A stretch of 64,000 nt of DNA, taken from an uncultured Poribacteria bacterium. Lineage in GTDB: Bacteria; Poribacteria; WGA-4E; WGA-3G. The stretch is from contig OX638351.1 of assembly GCA_951813565.1 (NCBI GenBank), positions 2,400,001 through 2,464,000 of the forward strand, read 5' to 3'. Shown piece after piece: positions 20,157 to 31,394 of the stretch (position 1 is its first letter; the number at the start of each line of letters is the position of its first letter). Both the position numbers and the translations under genes were made by a program. A model generated the notes under the pieces. That model worked only from the letters and a program-made list of their open reading frames with translations, made no database searches and was not told the origin of the DNA.

Positions 20157-23100
20157 ATGAACCAAACACAATCAAAAGAAAACGCGGTGAACCTACCGCC
20201 GCGCATGAAAAAAGCATTAGAACAATACCGAAAACGTGTATGGATAATCAAAATTGCCGAAGGCACTTTAGCAGCAATCTTTGGTCTCATCATTTCGTAT
20301 CTCATCGTGTTTAGTTTAGACCGATTGTTTGATACGGCTACGTTCTTACGTGCGCTCATTTTGTTAGTCGGGATGGTGGGCATGGTGATTTTCCTGCCGT
20401 TAAAGTATTACAATTGGGTATGGCGAAATAGAACGTTAGATGGGATAGCTCGGTTGTTGCAGCATAAGTTTCCACGTTTTGGTGATCACGTGCTTGGCAT
20501 CGTGGAACTTGCGTCGGAGAGGTCAGATCAGTCATCAAGCCCTGCGTTGGTTGCAGCAGCGATGCGTCAAGTTGATGAAGAAGTAGCAAAACACAATCTT
20601 GCAGATGCTGTGCCTAATCCTCGCCATCGTCGTTGGGCGTTGGCAGTAGGTTTGCCTTTGGTGTTGGTCATTATCGGGGTACTTGTGATTCCCGCTACGA
20701 CTCGGAATACCCTCGCTCGATGGTTAACCCCGTGGCGAGACGTGGAGCGATATACCTTTGCGCAGTTGGAAGGTAAAACGGATCGACGCGTGGTCGCTTA
20801 TGCGGAACCCTTTGATGTTGAAGCACGTCTAAAAGACGAATCCCCATGGAAACCCGAGTCGGGCGAGGCACGCTACGCAGACCAGACACCTATAGTTGCA
20901 GAACGAGAAGGAGAAACCTACAAGTTTGAATTGCCACCACAAACTGAGGAAGGAAAAGTCAATCTTAAAGTAGGAGATGCGCGGCGTTCCATTCCAGTTG
21001 AACCTAAATTACGTCCAGCGTTGAAAGAACTTATTGCCAAAGTTCAGCTGCCCGATTATCTACAACATCAAGAGCCACGTATAGATGATGTGCGCGGCGG
21101 AATAGTGAACTTGGTGAAAGGAAGCACCGCCACCTTGGAAGCCACTACGACACGTGAACTATCAGAAGCAACATTAAACAATCGTCCTCAAAAGGTGGAA
21201 GGTGCGCGCGTTATTACCGAACCAATATCAGTAGAGACAACGACAGAGATGCAGTTAACATGGCGGGATCGTTTTGGACTCGCTGTAAGTGAACCACAAG
21301 TGCTGCAGTTTGAGGCACAAGACGACACTGTGCCAACGGTCGCTATAACTAAACTAAAAAATAATCAAGTTGTGCTTTCTACGGAAGTGCTCACATTTGA
21401 AATTCAGGCAGGGGATGACTTCGGTGTAAAGCGAATCGGTTTGGAATGGGAAGGTATCAAAAATCCTATCCAAAACCCTAATCCTGCTATTGGTGAGAAA
21501 ACTGTGTCGTCAGGTTCTCCGACTTCAGAGGCACTCACTGTCCCTGCCACATTTTCTGTTGAACGTGAGAATATAAAACCACAGAGTCTACGTTTGCGTG
21601 CTTTTGCAGAGGATTATTTTCCTAACCGCGAGCGTGTTCAGTCTCCCCAGATTGTGTTACATGTATTGACGCCTGCCGAACACTTTAAGTGGTTAATTGG
21701 ACAGATGCAGCTATGGGCAGGCGCGGCAAAGGATGTCCACGACAAAGAATTGCAGTTACATCAAACCAACCTTGAACTTCAAGACCTGTCTCCTATGGAA
21801 CTTGACGATCCAGCACAACGTAAAAAACTACAGAATCAAGCCTCTGCAGAACGCGCTAACGCAGCAAAACTTGATAGCCTGATTCAAAGCGGTACGGAAT
21901 TACTGCAGGAAGCAGCGAAAAACAGTGAATTTGATGGAGGTCAACTTGAATCGTGGGCTGAAATGCTCAAACAGTTGGAGGAGATAGCAGGGAAGAAAAT
22001 GCCTTCTGTTGCGAATTTACTTGCACAAGCGTCCGAAGCACCCGGTCAGAGTAGTAATCAGCAGCCGACAGCCGGCAGTCAACAAGATGCTCCACCTTCA
22101 ACAACCGATAGTCAGCGATCAACACCTAACAATCAGTCAAATAGCAAACCCGGTAAATCGGAAAGCGATGTTGAGAGATATGGTCCCGATAGTAAGAACA
22201 TTCCTAATACAGCAGACGAAGAAACGCCGGATGATCCAAACAAGTCCGGTGATTCTGTCGGCGCGGATCGGAGCAAACCAGCAGAAGGTAAGCCAAGTTT
22301 TACACCTGCGAATCCCACACCGAGCGTTTCCGATGTTGAATCAGGATTTAACAAGGCTGATAAACCTCCAGAGGGACAACCTTCACAAATTGTTGGTGGA
22401 CTCGGAATTCCTACCACTATCCTGAAGGGAAGTGGTAGAAACGATCAAGCCCAGGATCAAGACACCGAAACGCCTCAAGCGTCAGAACTTGTCTTAGAGG
22501 CAGTCGAAGAGCAAAAGGAATTGTTGGATGCGTTTGCCAAATTATCAGATGAAATGAAAAAGCTGCTTGTCGGTTTTGAAAACAGCACATTCGTTAAACG
22601 TTTGAAAGCAGCATCTCGAAAGCAGATTGACATTGCGATAGACCTTAATGATCTGGACAGTTTTGGTTTACCAAACAGAGAAGCGTTCAATCAGAGGGAA
22701 CTAAAACGGTTAGCAACGTTTGAAGAAACAGAGGCGAAAAACGTAACGACTATCATACAAGATATGGCAGCATATACTGACCGGCGTCCTAATGCAAACT
22801 ATTTACGTGTCCTTGCAGAAATGGAGGACGCTTCTGTGTCCAGCCAAATGCGAGATATTGTCAGATCAATTAGCAGGAATTTTGTTGGTCAATCATCCAT
22901 TGATGCGGAATTTTGGGCGGATACACTGGATCGGTGGGCAGAACAATTGGTAGATCCTCTACCTGAAATGCCTCCCGGACAAGGGGGTATGATGGAATTG
23001 CCCAACCTACCACCAGAAATAATTGTGAAAGTTTTACGCATCATCAATCGCGAAATTCAATTGCGGGAAGAAACGCGTGAGGTTGAGCAGGCAAAGAACG

Positions 23101-23597
23101 CTCTCACTGCCGACAAATACTATGAGCGAAGCGAAGCATTAAGCGATACACAATACGAAATCGCAGAAGATACCCACGAAGTAGCGCGGGAAATAAGTTT
23201 GTTGCCCAATGCTAACACAGCACTGATCCGGCAGCAACTCATGAAAGTTTCAAAGGCAGCTGAAGTTATGGATGAGGCAGAATCAATTCTTGCAACACCC
23301 GACACCGGTCCCAAAGCAATTGCAGCCATTTCGGAAGTGATCGAAATTTTGCTTGAAACGCAACGCATGCCAAATGTTCCCGGTGGCGGAGGCGGAGGAA
23401 ATGCACCGGGCGGTGGAGGACAAGCATTAGCGGCAATTGTTTCCGCACTAAGGCTTATGGGAATTGGCGATGACAGTGGAGAAGCCTTTATTGAAAAACG
23501 GTCACCTAAACAGGCAACAGGGAAAGCAGGACGCGTATTACCCGAAGAATTTCGTCAAGGGTTAGACGCTTATTTTAATGCAATAGAAGGACAGTAG
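20157..23597 (+). CDS. Large membrane-anchored coiled-coil protein (DUF4175-like) of MoxR clusters
   Basis: Three N-terminal TMs, AGDDFGV motif, long helical and low-complexity region, C-terminal LPEEFRQGLDAYFNAI. Confidence 0.75.
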   Translation: MNQTQSKENAVNLPPRMKKALEQYRKRVWIIKIAEGTLAAIFGLIISYLIVFSLDRLFDTATFLRALILLVGMVGMVIFLPLKYYNWVWRNRTLDGIARLLQHKFPRFGDHVLGIVELASERSDQSSSPALVAAAMRQVDEEVAKHNLADAVPNPRHRRWALAVGLPLVLVIIGVLVIPATTRNTLARWLTPWRDVERYTFAQLEGKTDRRVVAYAEPFDVEARLKDESPWKPESGEARYADQTPIVAEREGETYKFELPPQTEEGKVNLKVGDARRSIPVEPKLRPALKELIAKVQLPDYLQHQEPRIDDVRGGIVNLVKGSTATLEATTTRELSEATLNNRPQKVEGARVITEPISVETTTEMQLTWRDRFGLAVSEPQVLQFEAQDDTVPTVAITKLKNNQVVLSTEVLTFEIQAGDDFGVKRIGLEWEGIKNPIQNPNPAIGEKTVSSGSPTSEALTVPATFSVERENIKPQSLRLRAFAEDYFPNRERVQSPQIVLHVLTPAEHFKWLIGQMQLWAGAAKDVHDKELQLHQTNLELQDLSPMELDDPAQRKKLQNQASAERANAAKLDSLIQSGTELLQEAAKNSEFDGGQLESWAEMLKQLEEIAGKKMPSVANLLAQASEAPGQSSNQQPTAGSQQDAPPSTTDSQRSTPNNQSNSKPGKSESDVERYGPDSKNIPNTADEETPDDPNKSGDSVGADRSKPAEGKPSFTPANPTPSVSDVESGFNKADKPPEGQPSQIVGGLGIPTTILKGSGRNDQAQDQDTETPQASELVLEAVEEQKELLDAFAKLSDEMKKLLVGFENSTFVKRLKAASRKQIDIAIDLNDLDSFGLPNREAFNQRELKRLATFEETEAKNVTTIIQDMAAYTDRRPNANYLRVLAEMEDASVSSQMRDIVRSISRNFVGQSSIDAEFWADTLDRWAEQLVDPLPEMPPGQGGMMELPNLPPEIIVKVLRIINREIQLREETREVEQAKNALTADKYYERSEALSDTQYEIAEDTHEVAREISLLPNANTALIRQQLMKVSKAAEVMDEAESILATPDTGPKAIAAISEVIEILLETQRMPNVPGGGGGGNAPGGGGQALAAIVSALRLMGIGDDSGEAFIEKRSPKQATGKAGRVLPEEFRQGLDAYFNAIEGQ

Positions 23598-23634
23598 TAG
23601 ATACACGCCGTGCCGTAAAACAGAGGAGAAACCG

Positions 23635-24579
23635 ATGGCAGATACACAAAAAGGTGCTATTCCGTTTGAGTTATTCGCCAGTTTCAAGAGGATAGAAACT
23701 GGTAATCCGATCATTTCTCTCCCGCCACCTTTCTGGGCGGCAGCAACTCATGCGATTATCGTTGATGGGACAGTCCACTACATCTGGTGTAAACGCGATT
23801 TTGGCGTCCGCTGGTTGATAATGCACGCGACAGCACCTATTAGTGACCTAACCAATATCACGCAGGATGCACGTAATCCTATTCTTGAACCTTCAGCAGA
23901 CGGTTTCGATAACGCAGCGGTTGAGTATCCGTTCCCGTTCCTAAATCCTGCCGATGGTAAGTACTACATGTATTATCGGGGTAAGGGGAAAACGACACCT
24001 GAACAGACCGGTTTGCTTGTGAGCGATGGAGACTTGGGTAAGTGGCAGCGCGTTCAACAAACTCCTGTCATTCCTGCTGATACCGAACACGAAAGGCATG
24101 GCTCAACTCACCCTTCTGTTGCAGTAGATGGTGAGACGATTCATATTGTTTATACTGGTAAGGCGACGCAGTCGTTTGGGGAGGGATTGACGATGTGTCA
24201 CGCGACTGCACTAACAAGCGATCCAGCGTTCATTACAAAAAATCCTGCTAATCCCGTTTTTACAGGAAGTGGGCAAACGTGGGATAGTAAAGCCGTTCGT
24301 GAAACCGAATTGTTCAAAGGACCGCAATACTTCCATATTCTCTATGGTGGATTTGATGGGGAAGTTTGGCGGATTGGACATGTACGGACTCGCGATTTTC
24401 GCAACTTTGAACCGAACCCGCACAACCCCGTATTCACACCATCTGACGCCCCTGAAGCGTTTGATTGTGACGGTGTGTTGACAGGTCAAATTCTTGAAGT
24501 CAATAATACCTATGTTATGCTTTATGCAGGTAAGAAAGGCAAAGAATGGCAGACGGGTTTGGCTACAATTCCAGATTAA
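23635..24579 (+). CDS. Five-bladed beta-propeller glycoside hydrolase-like protein (GH32/GH117/GH130-like)
   Basis: Repeated NP(I/V)(L/F)...(W/F)D blades; YYMYYRG and YVMLYAG motifs. Confidence 0.7.
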   Translation: MADTQKGAIPFELFASFKRIETGNPIISLPPPFWAAATHAIIVDGTVHYIWCKRDFGVRWLIMHATAPISDLTNITQDARNPILEPSADGFDNAAVEYPFPFLNPADGKYYMYYRGKGKTTPEQTGLLVSDGDLGKWQRVQQTPVIPADTEHERHGSTHPSVAVDGETIHIVYTGKATQSFGEGLTMCHATALTSDPAFITKNPANPVFTGSGQTWDSKAVRETELFKGPQYFHILYGGFDGEVWRIGHVRTRDFRNFEPNPHNPVFTPSDAPEAFDCDGVLTGQILEVNNTYVMLYAGKKGKEWQTGLATIPD

Positions 24580-24638
24580 AGTTACAAACAAATATGGATT
24601 TGGCATGAGAAAGAAAAATCACAAGAAGGATTGGAAAA

Positions 24639-26269
24639 ATGCGTTGTTATAGTTCTATGCTAATAATAGTTGTGTGTGTTGGTATGTCCGCATGCCTCGC
24701 TCTTGCAGAAGAAAATGCTGTGAAGGGCGGAACCATCCGAGGCAAAATTACTGACCAAACCCCAAAACAGAACCCAATTGAAGGTGTTAAAATCAATATT
24801 ATTGCATCAAACAAAAAAGGATTCACAGTAAAGACTGATGCCAATGGTGAACATAAACGTACTGGTCTTCCTGCAGGTCGTTATTTTATCAACATATCTA
24901 AAAAAGGGTACTATCCTCGGAATAGAAAACCTGTAACGGTTATTAATGGTAACGATCACTTCTACGAGATTAAATTGCGACAAAAGGACGATAGAGAAAA
25001 ACGTTTTACAGAAGATTTACTACAGCATGTTGCTGAAGATATCGGCAAACGTTACAAGTTGGACGCGTCTATTGTCAAAGAACTTCGCCAATCAATTCTT
25101 CAAGCACTCAACACTGTGATGGAGGAAAAAAACCAAGAACTGAAGGACTTCGCAAAGATAGAAGAATATAACAGCATAGCGTTGATCATAGCGATGTTGT
25201 CACACCCTGATTGCAAATCTGCTTTCGCCAAATACATGACAGAAACGCAAATTCAGGATTATACCAATTTCACCAAAGCACGGCAACAGCAAGTTAGACA
25301 AGCAGTTGTTAATATTATGACAGCATTCCTGGACCAAGCACTTAGTTTGACAGTTAAACAACGCGAAGACCTTGGAAAATTGCTGCTTGACATAATAAGT
25401 GAGAATCAAGGTTTGCCCTTGATGGGCGGTATAATGAATGGACCATTGCCGAAGGAAGTAGGTGATCTGTTACATAATAAATTGCACATATCTCTGGATA
25501 GCGTATTGAACCAAACACAGTCCAAAATTTGGGAAGTGATGATTGATTTTTATGATGAAAAGGGGTAGTTGGTATTGAGGTTTTTGAAGTGCCATCGGAA
25601 AATGCTGCTGAGAAGGATGAAATCGATAAGGTCCCTCCAAAATCTCAAAAGTGGATATTGGCTGAAGCAATACTGATGGCACATACTGAACAGTTAGGCA
25701 TGCTCAACGAAAGTGCATCAAAACGTTTGGAACTCGCTACCTATGGTGTGGTCCAACAATATATTGAAGCGCAAAATCGAGACATTGATGATAATTTTAA
25801 ATTTACAGCTAAAATAGGTGCTCTCATGCAGGCGTTCATGTGGCAATCTATATCTCGCGATGAGGCTATTGAGAGGCTTGGAGCCATGAAGAATGAGTTA
25901 TGGGACGAGAGAGGGACGAATAAACAATGGGATAGAATTGAACTGTACAAGATTACTAACCACCCCCTGTACCAACAGACAATCAAAGATGTCCTCTCTG
26001 AAGATGCCTATTTGCAATATACAACACGCCAAGTGGAACGAGAGAATTTCCGCATACAAGCATCGCAGGATCTTGCTCTGGCTTTCATAGATATGATTGT
26101 GCTGCTTAACGAGGCACAGCGGCAAAAAATTAAAATGACAACAACACAGTTAACTATATCCTCATTGAATTATAAGGGACTGCAAATGATGTTTGCTGAA
26201 TTATTCATTAGGATGGACAACGAGATATTGAGTCCTTGGCAGCAAAGTGTATTTAAAGGAGGAAGATAA
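24639..26269 (+). pseudogene. Secreted carboxypeptidase-regulatory-domain protein with duplicated helical domain, split by a -1 frameshift at ~25559-25568
   Basis: ORF 24639-25568 ends GAA AAG GGG TAG. The -1 frame is open through this point (KGVVGIEVFEVPS...) and continues to 26269. The two halves are homologous to each other. Confidence 0.6.
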
Positions 26270-26271
26270 TC

Positions 26272-27375
26272 ATGGCAAAATATAATAAAGTTACAAGTTC
26301 TGTGATGAACAACCGTATACGAATTGTCGGTTTCATGGGATTTCTGATATTCCTGAGCACGTTTTCCATAAAACCAACCTACGCACAGGATCCAACTCTC
26401 CGCTACGGCACGGGTGTTCCACCAGCGGTTAGAAGCATTAACGACCGTAGTTTGCGATACCTCGCAAATACCCAGCTGAAAGATGGAAGTTGGCCGGGAT
26501 CACCAAATGCCCCAGGAATAACAGGTATATGTGTTATGGCGTTAATGGCAAGTGGTGAAGACCCTGATTATGGTCCTTATGCCACACATATCCGTAAAGC
26601 CTTGCAAAACATGATCGCTAAACAAAACGCCAGAACAGGATACATGGGGACGAGTGGGCACGCGTCAATGTACCAGCACGGTTTTGCTACGTTAGCACTG
26701 TCCGAAGCGTACGGCGCAATAAACGAAGCCCTACTTTGGAAAGATAGTGAGATGTTTGAAGGCCGCAGACGAACCCTCGGTGAAGCTTTAGAGCTTGCTG
26801 TGCGATGCGCGTTGACTGCCCAAGAAAAAAATCCTTGGGGCGCATGGCGATACTCACCACAAGCGCGAGATGCAGACACAACCGTCGCTGGAACCGTATT
26901 AATGGGAATACTCGGTGCAAGAAACGCTGGCATTGAAGTGCCTAACGAAGCTATTGATAAGGCATTGAACTTTTTTCAAACCTGCACAATGCGCGGTGGA
27001 AGTGTCTCTTATACGCCTTCAGGCAGCCACGGCGATGGACTTACTCGCTCTGCTATTGCAACCCTTGTGTATGCAATTGGCAAAAGGAAGGACACACCTG
27101 AATACAAGGCTACTGCCGAATTTATCAAGCGCAGAACAGATCATAATGTAGGTAATCGTTACATGTTTTATACGCAATACTATATGGCTCAGGCACTGTT
27201 TCAGAGCAACTTTGAAGCATGGCAAGCTTGGAATCAACGTACTATTGCGCAACTTCAAAGGATGCAACAAGAAGATGGGAGTTTCAACAGTTCCCACGGT
27301 AAAGCCTATGGAACAGGAATGGCGGTGCTTACCTTAGCTTTGAACTATCGTCTTTTGCCTATTTACGAAAGGTAG
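26272..27375 (+). CDS. Prenyltransferase/squalene-oxidase-repeat (terpene cyclase fold) protein
   Basis: QLKDGSW, SMYQHGFATLALSEAYG, AQ...GAWRY, QQEDGSF repeats. Confidence 0.88.
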   Translation: MAKYNKVTSSVMNNRIRIVGFMGFLIFLSTFSIKPTYAQDPTLRYGTGVPPAVRSINDRSLRYLANTQLKDGSWPGSPNAPGITGICVMALMASGEDPDYGPYATHIRKALQNMIAKQNARTGYMGTSGHASMYQHGFATLALSEAYGAINEALLWKDSEMFEGRRRTLGEALELAVRCALTAQEKNPWGAWRYSPQARDADTTVAGTVLMGILGARNAGIEVPNEAIDKALNFFQTCTMRGGSVSYTPSGSHGDGLTRSAIATLVYAIGKRKDTPEYKATAEFIKRRTDHNVGNRYMFYTQYYMAQALFQSNFEAWQAWNQRTIAQLQRMQQEDGSFNSSHGKAYGTGMAVLTLALNYRLLPIYER

Positions 27376-27471
27376 TTGACTATCGGCAGCCAGAAAGAGG
27401 AATTTTTGAGATAACATTCCTTTCTGAAAGTCGGCAACCTAATGTTGGCTGCTATAAGAAGGAGAAATATA

Positions 27472-29871
27472 ATGCGAAAGTGTCTAAAACAGATATTGAT
27501 TATTGCTATCGTGATCACTATGATGTGGATTCCCACTACAACACTGGCTCAGGAAACATTTTTACGCTGGAAAAATGGCGATTCTCTTCCCGGTAAACTA
27601 TTAGACAGTAAGTCAGGGAAGATTAGATGGATATCACCGTACTTTTCTGATGATCTACTTGTTGATATTAACGTTTTGGATTCAATTCTTTTCGCTAAAC
27701 AGCCTGAATCAGTGACAGAAACTTTTCGCGTCGGCACAATATCGGGTGATGTCTGGATAGCGGACATTATTGGTTCAGATGAAAATACTTTTCTCTTTTC
27801 CAGCAAACGCTATGGTAAGTTCCGAGTAAATAGAGAGTTGATTTACTCGCTTGAAAGTCGTGAGCATTCCAATCTCATTTTTGATGGTTCACAACTAACA
27901 GCTTGGAAATCATCTAAGGAAGATGTAGCGAAAGCAGTTGAAAATCAACACACCAATTGGTATCCCGATCATATTGGACTTCCACACACAGATAGAAAAA
28001 AGGCAAACATTTTCTATGCAATGGAATGGCCAAAACGTTTTGAAATTGACCTTGAATTGGCATCCACTACAGGGAACCTTGGTTTTGTCTTTGCTCTCGG
28101 AAAAAACCTGTACGAAACACTACGGGTGGAGACATGGTGGAGGCGTGAAGACCATAAACTCGTTGTTGTTCAAGGAACGTTGTTTGAAACAATAATGACA
28201 ATTGAACCGGAGCGTCGTAACTTGCGTTTGCGACTTGCTTATGATCAGGACCTTGGCACGCTGAAAGTGTTTGACTTGAATGGTAATTTGCTTTTACAAG
28301 TAGATGATGTTCAACCGACTCTTGTATCACCCGGACCCTATATTTATAATCGCGGACAAAATTTGACAATACAGCGGTTAAAGGTCTACCGGCAGCCTGC
28401 CGAATTCAAAAACCAACAAGTTGATTTCTCTAAACCTCGGATTTATCTGATGAATGGAGAAGTTTTTTACGGCAAGTTGTTTGTAAAGAAAAACGAGAGT
28501 TATGTCCTCAACAAGGACGGAACACGACAGGATATCAACCTACAGCAGATTGATCGTGTTGTCCAACCAGGAAGAGAATTGACGACACTCGACGAATACA
28601 TGGCATTAACATATATTGACGGATCTGTTATACGTGGACAGGTAATGCAACTGAACCCAGATAGTGTTTTATTGCAGACTTCATTCACAGATGAACCGAT
28701 AACCTGCTCACTTGCGGGGGCTTCACTATTTCGGTTTGAGTCTAAAGTTCAAACGAAAGAACCAGTAGATGACTATGATAAAATGTTTTTTCCTTCGGGT
28801 AGTCTCCGTGGACACGTTATTTTTAACAGTAGGGACAAATCAAGTATCCAATGGCAGGCTATAGGCACGTCTGAACCTGCGCGCCTTGCAAATCACCGAT
28901 CTGTCCGTATAGAACGTAATAATAAGCATGTCTCAAGACTACGACCTTTTGATGTGGAGACGTTTCCACATCTGTTACATCTGAAAAACGGAGAAGTCAT
29001 CCCATGTCAAGTGCTGTCTTACGATGAAACTTCAATCAGTTTCCGATCCCCTTTTATCAAATCGACACACATAGACTCAGCGTATATGAAAGGTATTGAG
29101 TTCACACGCGGTAAAACGCAAACGCGAAAGGAAAACCGTAACCCAATTATCATTACAGGTGGGGATAAACATCGCATCATTTTAGAGGATGGACAAATTT
29201 TGGAAGCTGTGATGCGGAGGTCCAAAAATGGCCAGCAGCAAATAATAGTGAATAATGAAAAACTTAAAGGCAATGCCAAAATTGTTATTGTTGAGAGAAA
29301 CATTGGCGCGAATGATGTTGATGCCCTAAAAAATGAGATTGAAATCCTGTTTGATCCGCTCGAAACACAAACTGACGAATTAGGTATAAAATTAGAACGC
29401 GCTTTAACCGTGCCACGTTTCAGCCGTGACAATCCACCAAGTCATATTCTTGTGGCAAACAATGGTGATTTAAAGCGAGGCAAATTACTCAGTATGAACG
29501 AACAGACAATTCAGTTTGAATCAAAATTAAAGAAAGTTCCCATCCCGATCAAACGGGTGGCGCGAATCGTTGATATAAGCGTTGAGGGTGCTGAGGAATT
29601 TGCAAAAGAGGCTGTCGGAAATCAACAACCAACAGCAATTCAGTCTGTGGTCCGCTTTGCTTTGATCCATAATCCGATCCTGATTTTTGAACCGCTTGAA
29701 GTCAGCGGTGAAACACTGCACGGGCGTTCACCGATCTATGGAGAGGTATCAGTTCCGGTGAAGAGTCTCCAGTATCTCCATTTTGGAGATAAAGCAAAAT
29801 CTTTCAAGTCCATTTTCGAAGCATGGAAAATCCGCTCGGCAAAAGAACCGGACTACGGTGATGATCGGTAG
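27472..29871 (+). CDS. Secreted hypothetical protein with repeated short beta modules
   Basis: RBS AGGAG before ATG 27472; signal peptide; repeats WKNGDSLPGKL, LMNGEVFYGKL, LKNGEVIPCQV, ANNGDLKRGKL. Confidence 0.75.
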   Translation: MRKCLKQILIIAIVITMMWIPTTTLAQETFLRWKNGDSLPGKLLDSKSGKIRWISPYFSDDLLVDINVLDSILFAKQPESVTETFRVGTISGDVWIADIIGSDENTFLFSSKRYGKFRVNRELIYSLESREHSNLIFDGSQLTAWKSSKEDVAKAVENQHTNWYPDHIGLPHTDRKKANIFYAMEWPKRFEIDLELASTTGNLGFVFALGKNLYETLRVETWWRREDHKLVVVQGTLFETIMTIEPERRNLRLRLAYDQDLGTLKVFDLNGNLLLQVDDVQPTLVSPGPYIYNRGQNLTIQRLKVYRQPAEFKNQQVDFSKPRIYLMNGEVFYGKLFVKKNESYVLNKDGTRQDINLQQIDRVVQPGRELTTLDEYMALTYIDGSVIRGQVMQLNPDSVLLQTSFTDEPITCSLAGASLFRFESKVQTKEPVDDYDKMFFPSGSLRGHVIFNSRDKSSIQWQAIGTSEPARLANHRSVRIERNNKHVSRLRPFDVETFPHLLHLKNGEVIPCQVLSYDETSISFRSPFIKSTHIDSAYMKGIEFTRGKTQTRKENRNPIIITGGDKHRIILEDGQILEAVMRRSKNGQQQIIVNNEKLKGNAKIVIVERNIGANDVDALKNEIEILFDPLETQTDELGIKLERALTVPRFSRDNPPSHILVANNGDLKRGKLLSMNEQTIQFESKLKKVPIPIKRVARIVDISVEGAEEFAKEAVGNQQPTAIQSVVRFALIHNPILIFEPLEVSGETLHGRSPIYGEVSVPVKSLQYLHFGDKAKSFKSIFEAWKIRSAKEPDYGDDR

Positions 29872-30088
29872 AGTAGTCCTCAGCAATCCAGCGTCCAGTG
29901 AATCAACATCTCCGATTTCTTTTGTAGGAGCGACCTCCCGGTCGCGACCTGATAATGTCATAAGCGCATTCAGCAATTGAACTGACAACGAATTGGGCTA
30001 CGACAAACGTTCTGAATATTAATAGCCAACCACCAATCTCATCTTTATAGAATTTAAGACCGTAAAACCAAAATTACACTTTTTGAAA

Positions 30089-30425
30089 GGGTGTGTAAAG
30101 TTTTTGTAGAAATCCGCACAACCCCTATTGTAGGGGCGGGGCACAGGGACCCCATAGGCGTCAATTTAAGGATTTGTTTCAGGTTGGACGCTATTAAATA
30201 CAACCTACAAACCTCACGCTTATTGTAGGGGCGGGTCTCTGTGCCCGCCCGTTGTTTGAATACATCAGCAATGGCGGGGCACAGAGACCCCGCCCTACGA
30301 TGTGTGACGGGATTTATCCCCTAAATTGACGCCTATAGGGCGGGGCACAGAGACCCCGCCCTATAGTGGAAAACGCCGCGTAATCATTGTAAATTGAACC
30401 TATGTAACCAAATATTTACACACCC
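30089..30425. mobile_element. MITE with GGGTGTGTAAA TIRs (IS256-like), containing REPs and a nested IS4-like MITE
   Basis: TIRs at 30089-30099 and 30415-30425. Both end regions are shared, inverted, with the 37400-37761 copy. Confidence 0.8.
30153..30337. mobile_element. IS4-like (CAT-ended) MITE inserted in a REP
   Basis: TIR CATAGGCGTCAATTTA / TAAATTGACGCCTATA. A 19-bp direct repeat GGGCGGGGCACAG(G/A)GACCC flanks both sides. Confidence 0.75.
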
Positions 30426-30464
30426 TTTAAAAAAATAAGTTGCATTTTATAGTGGAAACCATAA

Positions 30465-31298
30465 TTACTTGGACATTTTTATGATTTCGTCAATTGACGC
30501 TTCGGCATTGTATTCCCATTTGCGCTTTATGTTCGCAAAATCTCTTTCAATAGGATTAAGTTGAGGCGAATACGGAGGTAAAAAAAGTAAACTCGCACCG
30601 GAAGCAGTAATCAATGCCTCTGTTTGCTGGCTTTTATGGAAAGACGCATTATCCAATATGACAACATGCGATGTGTCAAGTAGTGGACACAGCACATTCT
30701 CAAGCCACGCATTGAAGGCAAGCGTATCACAAGCACCTTCAAAAAGCACAGGTGCTGTAAAACGCCCCTGGATTTGCGCAGCAATGAGCGTCGTGCTTCT
30801 ATACCGATTACTTGAGATTTTATCCGTAACGCAAACTCCTTTCGGCGCATAAGCATACTGCCGAACACTTTCTGTAGTAAAACCGCTTTCATCAACAAAA
30901 ACAGGTATTTTTCCGTTTTGAAGTGCCATCTGAAGCTGAGCGCGATAGGTATCCTGTTTTACAGCGCATTGTTCCTTGTAGGTGAATGTCTTTTTTTACG
31001 TGTGTATCCGATCTTTTTCAGACGATAACAGATACAACGCTGCGACACGCCAAAATGTGCAGCGCGTTCTTTCTGCGTGCTGTCTGGGAACTCTTTGACA
31101 TGTTCAGCGAGTGCTTCTGGGTCAAGCCGATAAGGTTTACGAGGCCCCGGTTTTTCGTAAGTAAAAGGGTCGGCTGCGTCTAACCAGTTATAGATACAAC
31201 GGCGTGAAACTTGAAATCTGCGAGAAGGTTTCTGCTTTACTATTACCATCTGCTATGAAATCAAGAACGCGTTTTCGTCCGTCTTGTGAATATCTCAT
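30465..31298 (-). pseudogene. IS630 family transposase, probably inactivated
   Basis: Starts MRYSQD.RKRVL at 31298 and has a 1-bp frameshift near 31225. An A7G slippery run at ~30988 joins the HTH ORF to the DDE ORF (VDESG, LDNASFH, LPPYSPQLNPIE). Confidence 0.88.
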
Positions 31299-31394
31299 AA
31301 TATAACTATTATCACAAAAACGGAAAAATGTAAATATATTTATGATTTTAACTATAAATAAAAGATATTTTCCCAAAAAGATAGAGAAGTGGAG

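Noticed and set aside
26272..27375. Hopanoid/terpene biosynthetic cluster
   Set aside because: The protein is a single short barrel without the DxDD cyclase motif, and its context is a MoxR cluster rather than hpn genes.
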